Positions 55,475 to 64,000 of a DNA stretch of 64,000 bases are shown piece after piece. The notes below the pieces were generated by a model. It saw nothing but the letters and a program-made list of their open reading frames with translations. It was not told the DNA's origin and made no database searches. Position 1 is the first letter of the stretch. Each line of letters opens with the position of its first letter. This DNA comes from Eledone cirrhosa (lineage: Eukaryota): NCBI GenBank assembly GCA_964016885.1, contig OZ024740.1, forward strand, positions 241,304,001-241,368,000. Direction: 5' to 3'. Position numbers and translations under genes: made by a program.

Positions 55475-57129
55475 TATATATATATATGTATTTATTTACA
55501 AAAAGTGTTATAAATGAGAAGACGGGCACTCAAGACATGAAAAACAATTTATTCGGAGAGAATGCTAAAAAATCTATTAGCTGATAGAATTGTTAGTTTC
55601 TATTGGATTTCATTCGTGGTATAGATCATGTGGTGATTTTCAGTACCCTTCGTTGGTATTTGCGAAAGTATATATCGGAAAAAAAAAATAGACTGAAATA
55701 AATTTGAACATATATTTGGAATTGCAAATTTCCGCTGACACATATTTTGAAAATCTGTCTGCAATTGAATTTTAAAAAAAAATAAAGCTTGTCTTTTATT
55801 TCTAATAGCTCAATCTTCTATGCTTTCTCTTCATTGACCGTGGTTAGAATGAATACTTTTTTCAATACGGAGCTACAATATCTATTATGCTCCAGATTAT
55901 AAAGACGTACTTTGATAAAGAAGTAGTGTAGTGTTAATTCTATGACCAGATCTGAAGGATTATGTATACTGGTTAAATGTGTTTTTAACTGTGTTCTGAG
56001 ATTCCAGAATAGTTTTCTCTAAATGCATTTTTTGTGTTATATTTTTGCTTTATATATCATCGCATTATTGCGGCATGAGCTGTTTAGTAGTACTGCCTGC
56101 AAAATATTATCACACAACACAACTGAAAACACATAACCAGCCAAGCCTCACCTCTAGTCCCGACCCCAACAATACACTTCTTATTTTAGTATCTCATACA
56201 ACTGCCCTCTAAAGCGGTAATATAGAGAGCCAAAATAACAGCAAATAAAATATACCCAAATAAAATATATTTGTGTCAGGGAGCATACATTTAAGACCAA
56301 ATTTATCTATCGATAGAATTAGCACTAGATCTCTCTCCAAGAAGTTCTTGAAATGAAAGGACAATGTATTTGAAATTCTCCCTATAACTTGGAGCATATT
56401 AGATATTACATACTCGTTTATGAAAGTGGGAAATGATAAAAGATTATTATTGGATAACATGTTCATTCCAACACAATAACTATCGTCACCGAATCGTAGG
56501 GATGAAACTTTGAGCCACCACATGCACGAGGAAATATATTTGCTAAATAACTTTTACTTATAGACTGTCTAAAAATGTTCAAGAAATTCGTCATAGCGGA
56601 AAATGTAGAGTATAATATATCGTTAAATTTTACCAATTTCTTAGAGGTAGACCACGTATTCATTTAAAACTACTGGCTTTGTGAGAAATTAAGAGCTATC
56701 AAATAATTTAAGAAGAGATGAACTGAAGTGGTGTTTTCTAGCTTGTTACTCGTTTGTGCAGAAACGGTTTAATATAGCATGTTTAAATCTTACTGGTCGT
56801 CTTCAAGATAGCAATTGAATAATGTTAAGTTTCAAGTATGTGAATTGATTATTCATTGCTTCTATGAAAAATATAGAGAAAGACACTAAATCAATAAATC
56901 TTCTAGAAAATTCTCAAATATGTCTAAAAAGACCAGTAATCACCTATGGCTGCTAACTCTAAACATATTAAAGCTGATATTCACATGCAAGCACGCCTGA
57001 ACGCCTACGTGCGCGCACGCACACACACACACACACTCTCTCTCTCTCTCTCTCTCTCACACACATATATGTATGAATCAATGTATACTGTGTATGTATG
57101 TGTACATATAAACATATGTATATCCGCAT

Positions 57130-57560
57130 TAAATGACCACACTCCACTTAACCCTCGTCGAATTCATTTTCTTCAAAGCCACCGACACCCACTCCAACCT
57201 CGACTTGGAAGAACCCACACAAAATACGTCACCCCCAACTCTCAATTTATTCGTATTTGCCACTTCTGCAGCTTTCACCGTGATTTGAAGACTCGGTATC
57301 AATACACGGGTTCGATATGAACTGGAGGCAGAAATATGCACCACACATATCCAAGCTATTCTCAACCGCACCAGTAAAGACAACGCCACCACCACCTTTC
57401 ACCATGTGACCAATTCCTACTCCAGCGGTGCATATTACAGCTTACGGCATCTCTTTTATGATACAGTCATTTCCTGTCTCTTCTTCAAACGATCCTTTCT
57501 TGTATTTAAGTTAGCTCGCAATCTCCGAAACTTTCTTGTCCGCATATCTTACTTCTACAC
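57130..57560 (+). pseudogene. Penelope-like ORF remnant
   Basis: FFKATDTHSNLD, PNSQFIRICHFCS, VFKLARNLRNFLVR, resembling YRKPTD..YL, PYSQFLRIRRICS, YRR..NLRD.LV. Confidence 0.65.
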
Positions 57561-58011
57561 CATCTTGCCTGTTTCCACTACCGTTACCACCCCTGGCCAT
57601 TTCTTATGAACACCATCATCCTCACCATCAGACCAAACCATTTTTACCCAACACACTAGTGATTTAGGATTTCTATCCACGATAACTGATATTTGCTTAC
57701 TTGATAAAGAGATATAAATAAACTATAGTTTATATACATTTTGCGTATAAAACATCTGCTGGAAATACTAGAAGTAATTAGTGTAACACTAACAGAGCAT
57801 GATTTATAATATATGAAAGTGTATACGATATATTTATGTATAATAAACATATACGCTATGGGTGTTTTAAGGTGTGATCATGTCACAACTACATCAGTGT
57901 CTGTGTGAGAACGCCATACACTAGTGTTGCAGGATTTTATAATCAGCATCTGTGACGTTGATATTGAGACATGTATAAGCTATATATTTTGATAACTGCA
58001 TTATAACAAAT

Positions 58012-58199
58012 AACTGTTTCTACGTTAGGCACAAGGCCAGCAATTACCCAGTGTATTACTGGTACTTTATTTTATCGATCCCGTAAGGATGAAAGGCAAA
58101 GTTAACCTCGGCGGGATTTGAACTCAGAATGGCAAGGGCCGTAACTCTATGCGCCAAGCATGGCATCCGACACTCTACCAATACTGCCAATCCACCGCC
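58012..58199 (-). mobile_element. tRNA-derived SINE with TSD
   Basis: Family consensus; ttataacaaata duplicated. Confidence 0.85.
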
Positions 58200-58345
58200 T
58201 TTATAACAAATAGCATTATAACAAATAACAAATAATGAATATTGAATTATAAACATTTAGAAACACAAACGTAAATATAACATCTTTCCTATATATGTAT
58301 TCATCTACACTCAAATAATTTCTGAGGTACTTTACAAAAGAACAC

Positions 58346-58587
58346 GGACTTTGAAACAGGCGAAAATATATAGTTTTTTCGTCTGTGTAAATGGGCTGAT
58401 TAGCCTCATTTGTATACGAAGGTGTATACCGTATATCTTTAGATATACGAAATTCATATACATATTTGTATATGGCTATGTCGAAGCTAAATTCTAATTC
58501 TATTTTAAGTTGAGCCATGCAAATGAGGCTCAGCAGACCATTTACATAGACGAAAAAACATTATATTTTCGCCTGTTTCAAAGTCCA
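58346..58587. repeat. Imperfect inverted repeat (about 68-bp arms) enclosing two small hairpins
   Basis: ggactttgaaacaggcgaaaatata... / ...tatattttcgcctgtttcaaagtcc. Confidence 0.8.
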
Positions 58588-58607
58588 GCAGTAGACAGAG
58601 GGAAGCA

Positions 58608-58648
58608 TTGTCCTGATGAGAACCTTTTAGTTCGAAATGCATCGATAG
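58608..58648 (+). ncRNA. Canonical minimal type I hammerhead
   Basis: ttgtc CTGATGA gaac ctttta gttc GAAA tgca TC gatag; palindromic ATGCAT. Confidence 0.85.
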
Positions 58649-59221
58649 TTATCCTCCTTGATTCTGCTGGACACCTGTGGATGTATGTGGGCGCGTGAAT
58701 GTGTGTGTATATAGGTGTGTATGTATATATGTCATTACATATGCGCATGTATATATACAACGTATTTGTCAGACAAAGAATGTCTAGATATGTACCTCCC
58801 CATGGACTTGACACCACCAACACATCCACCACAGCACCACAAACGCCACTGCCATAAACAACAACAACACCACAACCACACCCCACACAATACCCAGCCA
58901 AAAATATACGCCAACCTGTCTACCGACAATCCACTACCACTACACCACAATCCATCCCACTCAGCGACCGTCACCAGCATCTTATCATCACATCCACCCC
59001 CACATACACTACAGGTGAAAGTCAATCCGCCATCCCCACACCACAGCCCATCGCAGCCAGCGACCGTCACCAACATCTTATCATCACACCCACCCCCCAC
59101 ACACTACAGGCCACTACATCCCTATGATCTATTCCACCAACCAAAACAACTCATATTGTACAACTTATGAACTTCTGACTTTATCACATAGCATGTATTC
59201 ATTTTCTTATAGCATTTTAAA

Positions 59222-59308
59222 GGGTCCGTCGAGCTGCCGATTATTGAGTCGGGTAAGATCGATACAGATCAAACCTTGAGCTGATCAGTGGCGAAACGCG
59301 CGTCACCT
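59222..59308 (+). ncRNA. Hammerhead-like fold with atypical 5' core (CCGTCGA); element ends at about 59458 in (TA)n
   Basis: gggt CCGTCGA gctgc...gtggc GAAA cgcgcg TC acct. Confidence 0.55.
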
Positions 59309-59455
59309 ACCAATAAATGTAATGAAGGAGTAACCAATCGTCCTTGTTATCCTTTCAATATATTACAATCTGTATAGCTCTACACCTCGACACAGAAGTG
59401 AACCTAAACATCGAGTGCTCACCCGGGTGAACCTACAGTAACTCCAAGTTACACT

Positions 59456-59807
<352 letters not shown>

Positions 59808-61459
59808 ATATATATATATATATATATATTTATTGTAAAAATAACACGCATACTAAAAGGTGGTTGTAATTTCATAGAGATTTGCTACTGTGAGAGTATT
59901 TAATTTATTACTAGAATTGCTTCATTTCATTTTAAAGAATAGGTATGATAGTTACAATTCACAATTTATCCTTCTTTGAAACTCCTGGGTCAATGTGCAT
60001 ATTGTAAATAATCAATACGAGCAGAAACCAGCAATCCTCACTTGTAACCGACCTTGAATTTAATGGTTTCCACACCGAACAATTGGTTGGCGCTACATTA
60101 TTATTCTCGAGAAACTAGATTTTAATGCACTGTGTTATCCTACTGAAACGATTACTGAGATAAAGAAATGAAAGCTGAACATATTCCATAATGTATTGTT
60201 GAATCATCGTCAAAAGATTCGTCTTCATGTAATGTGTTACTGGAAACAAGCAATAGAGTGAAATGATGACTCAATTGAGGATCGAATCATTAACTCAAAC
60301 TCGGCTTACTAAGCATTAGTGCTTACACCAATAGATAATAGATTGCTAATATTCCGAGGATTTCGACCGTCTCAATAAATGTAAGCACTTTAAACTTTTT
60401 TCACCTATTTAAACTTGTAAACAAATAAATATTTTCACGTAAAAAGAAAAGCCGGTCATAGAATCAAGTTATTTCCACATACAATTGTATACACCACATT
60501 ATGGAGTAAACTTTATGACAATCGATAAAGCAGCACCAGAACCAGTATTAGCTCTAGTAGAAGTAACCATATACCCTTTCATTGTTTGACGTTTTAATTA
60601 TATTTGCTAACGTTATTTTTTTGTAAGGAAAACTGTTTGTTGCAGAATTAAATTTCATTCATCACGATATTAATCCTTATTTTGATGCAGTGACTGCTGA
60701 TATGGACATTTTTCATGTCAATCTCCCTTCTGCTTGTCCTATCTATAATGTTTACAAATACGTTCTGCCCCATGAGTATAAAACATTTAGAAAATAAAAT
60801 GAATATATATTTTTCCTGCTTCTGTTTGGTATCACCAACAGGGTGTGTTACTATATAAATAATCGTACAATTATTAACAGAACGTTAAAAGAAATATGCC
60901 AAACAGCAGACTTTAAGAATAGAGTTTTCTCTTAGATTTTTCTAGCTAACGTTCTACATATCAGTTTAGAGTTAAATTCAATAAAACAAACAATGGATAA
61001 AACGGTATAAGCAATACTGCCACCATTGTCTAGGTGTACCAGAAACCAATGTTTGTTGTAAACAATCGATTCCGGAGCGAGGACCGAAAAGGGTATAAAT
61101 ATGAAAGCATCATCATAATCATAATAATCATTATCATCATCATCATCATTATCATCATCACCATTATCAGCAGCAACAACAACACCATCAGCAACAGTAG
61201 CATTAATAGTGGCAGCAAAAGCAGCAGCAATAGTAGCAGCAACAGCATCAGTACCAGAAAAATAAGGTTAGAGAAGAGGTGCTGCCTTCTAGTGGGCTTT
61301 ATAAAAGAGGCCTAAGAGTTTCGATGTAACTGAATGGCCTTACACTAAATATGCTTTTTTAAGAAGGTGGTAAGAACCCGGGAGAGGGTACTTACAATGC
61401 CGTGGATGATGATGTGAAAACATATCGCTGAGGCTACTACATCAACTTTTTCTTTGACT

Positions 61460-62730
61460 GTGAACAGGGATGGTCGCCGTTCGCATGACACGTTTCCTTC
61501 AGCTCATCTCCTTGACGGAGCTACATTCGTGGGTCAAGTGAAGACCGAGAAGGAGCTCTTGGAAACTGGAAAGTCTTAAAGCACTCCCAGCCCTCTATAA
61601 ATCAGGCAGTACCTTGGCATTCTATAGATGGTTGGTGGTGGGTAAAAGCGATGACATTCTTGGGGAAACTCTGGGCGTCGACGACAATCAACTAGTCATA
61701 CTTTTCCGGAGAACTTGGGCTCATGGATATCTTTCATAAATCTCTGGCCTGTCAGTGCGACCGGGAAGCACTGCCAGTTCGAGATAAACTCTACAGGCAT
61801 GGAAGTGCAGCCAGTCGGGCCTGTCCGCGATGTGAGCAGGGAAACCGTTTTGCACGCACTCGTGGAGTGTCCGATCATTGCTGACCTGTACTTTATAATA
61901 ATAATAATAATAATGAAATTATTGTGTACAGTGCTCAGGTGCACTACAACTCATCAAAGGTGCATGTATAGTACATAGAATAATGTACAAATGTCAGGAA
62001 AATGAACAGTGTACGAGTCATGATATAATAACAATAACAATAATGAAATATTGTGTACAGTGACCAGGTGCACCACAACTCATCAAAAAAGTGCATGTAC
62101 AGTACATAGGGCAATGCACAAACATCAGTAAAATGAACAGTGCACGAGTCATGATACACACATGTGTGCATGTGCATGGAAGGGGTACATCAGGTGTAGT
62201 TTTGGCGTATTTCGGGTAGCATGAGTGTCTTAAAGGATGCAGTGTCTCGGCAGCTAACAACCGACGCAGGCAGTTTGTTCCATGCTTCAGCAACTCTGAG
62301 CGTGAAAAAATGTCTACGAAAGTCATGGGAGCTGTGCTGTTTTCTGATCTTGTAGGCATGTCCACGTGTGTTAGAAACATGGAGATCAAAGAGGCGCTCA
62401 GGGTTGCAAATGGCGAGATGGTTAAAAACTTTGTGGAATACTTGCTGTAATTTGTGGGATAGATCTGGCTATCAGTCAAAGATTGTGAAGATTGCATCGC
62501 TGTCTTCATTTAGAGAAGGGCAGGCAGTTTTTATCTACCTGGTTGCCATAGCGAAAAAGTTATTGTGGTTGATACGTCTGAAAGGGTTGAAGACAAGCAC
62601 TTTCCTCTTCGGCGAAGATCAACTTTTCAGGTTTCACTTGAAGAGGAAAATCGGGGTGGCGAGGGAAGTACTGCCTTCTAACTAGTTTGTTGAAACTTGG
62701 GTGAGAGAGGCGAGCATCGCCCGAGTTTGC
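61460..62730 (+). mobile_element. Third Tx1/L1 fragment, interrupted by a CR1 insertion
   Basis: ETVLHALVECP at about 61840-61870; resumes at about 62450 with REGQAVFIYLVAIAKK...FRFHLKRKI. Confidence 0.85.
61890..62445 (-). mobile_element. CR1-clade LINE 3' end with a duplicated 3' UTR/(TTA)n tail
   Basis: Minus: FFTLRVAEAWNKLPASVVSC..TASFK; two copies of an approximately 130-bp tail at 61895-62155. Confidence 0.75.
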
Positions 62731-63129
62731 ACACTCGTTTCAAGCAGATGTGTGCTAACTTTCACTACCACTTTACACGACCATGACTGTTCGGAGTGAG
62801 TGGAGAGTGGAGGGCAGAGATGGTGAGAACTTCAGTTCCTATTACGACGGCCTTCTGTGATACACGGCGGCAGGTGCGGAGTGCAGTGAAAAGCCGGTAG
62901 CATCAGCCTTATTCAGCTTTTTCGGGTATTGGTCACGTAGAGCTTTTTCTTGCTATAGTTTTAGCATGACATTCTAGAGATTTGCTTTCAATTTAGATTT
63001 TATCTTTTTCACAATTTCTGTTGGTTGTTATGTATTTCTGTTTGTTTTCATTCTGTTCATAATCATCTCTCAATCTAGTTTCTATTTTGTACTTGTTGGC
63101 TTTCTTAAAGATATAAAAACTTTCATTTG

Positions 63130-64000
63130 ATTTGTTCATGCTTCATGGCTATTTGCCTTAACTGTCCATTAAACTTCATTATGTAATCTTTTAGTAAAAA
63201 AGTGGTTATTTTATTATAGTTTTCACGTTTTAGAATGGCCCTACCTCACAGTGTTCGTGGCAGATCAAATCTTCAAATCTTGGTTTAGTCATTATGTTTC
63301 TTGTTTTCTATTTAGTCCTGATAGTTTTTTTGGTGTCCAGATAAGAATATTACAACTGTTGCTTATTACCGGGACCGTAATTATTGCCTATTATATTATT
63401 CACTACATTTATTAGTAATCTAATGCATCTAAAATATTGTTTTCTAATCTTATCTTTCATTTATGTGTTTTGAACCCTGTCTAGTTCATTGATTCCCAAG
63501 CATTTGTACGTCTGTGTTTGATCTAATTATCATATTTTTATCTAGCATCATATTAGAGTTTGTAATTATATTTCCTTTCCATGAATGCCTTCGCGTTTAT
63601 TTCTAATAACATTTTAAAAATATATTTCTTTTATTAGTCTGTGTGTTGATTGCTGCAATGCTTCCAGTTGTCTATCGTTTGCAGCCGAGAGTTTCAGACT
63701 GTCCATATATACAAAAGTTTGTTGATTTTTCCCATGACATTTGCATTCATTTCAAGACAGAAGAAGTGTGTTGATAGTGAGTCTCCTTGAAATATTCCTC
63801 TGTTAACTGGGATGGGATCGGCTTTTGTAAACATGATTTTCGTCTGTACGCACAGAATTATTTGCCACTTACTCATGGCAAGGTTGATACATTTTGTTTA
63901 CTGTTAGTGCTACTTTGTTCATGGCTGACGTGTCCAATATACACTGTGGGAAATACTGTCAAAAGCCTTCTGGTCATCAGTTTTTCTGTTTCTGAAACCT
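63130..64000 (-). mobile_element. R4/Dong-clade LINE RT remnant
   Basis: IPVNRGIFQGDSLS, INKLLY, TYKCLGI, RFDLPRTL*GR. Confidence 0.8.

Overview
AT-rich, microsatellite-dense animal DNA. The SINE and repeat content suggests an octopod cephalopod, which is inference. I found no host protein-coding gene that I can support; most ORF-track entries are microsatellite or antisense artefacts. The window is mostly transposon-derived: two young 5'-truncated Penelope-like elements (RT + GIY-YIG) with long inverted pseudo-LTRs, decayed LINEs (R4/Dong, RTE, Tx1/L1, CR1, Ingi/Vingi-like), tRNA-SINEs with TSDs, two Helitrons and two MITEs. The main hidden signal is about 30 type I hammerhead ribozyme (HHR) motifs, read by eye, from more than 10 unrelated families. 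Almost all sit in small non-coding elements inserted in (TA)n tracts with their 3' ends pointing outward. Highlights: (1) a 310-bp, near-identical 7+3 head-to-head HHR array that looks like bidirectional rolling-circle reverse transcription of a small circular RNA; (2) a 591-bp-period element whose HHR has a compensated U3-A8 core; (3) fold-back mini-elements whose symmetry centre appears to be the ribozyme's own stem II.
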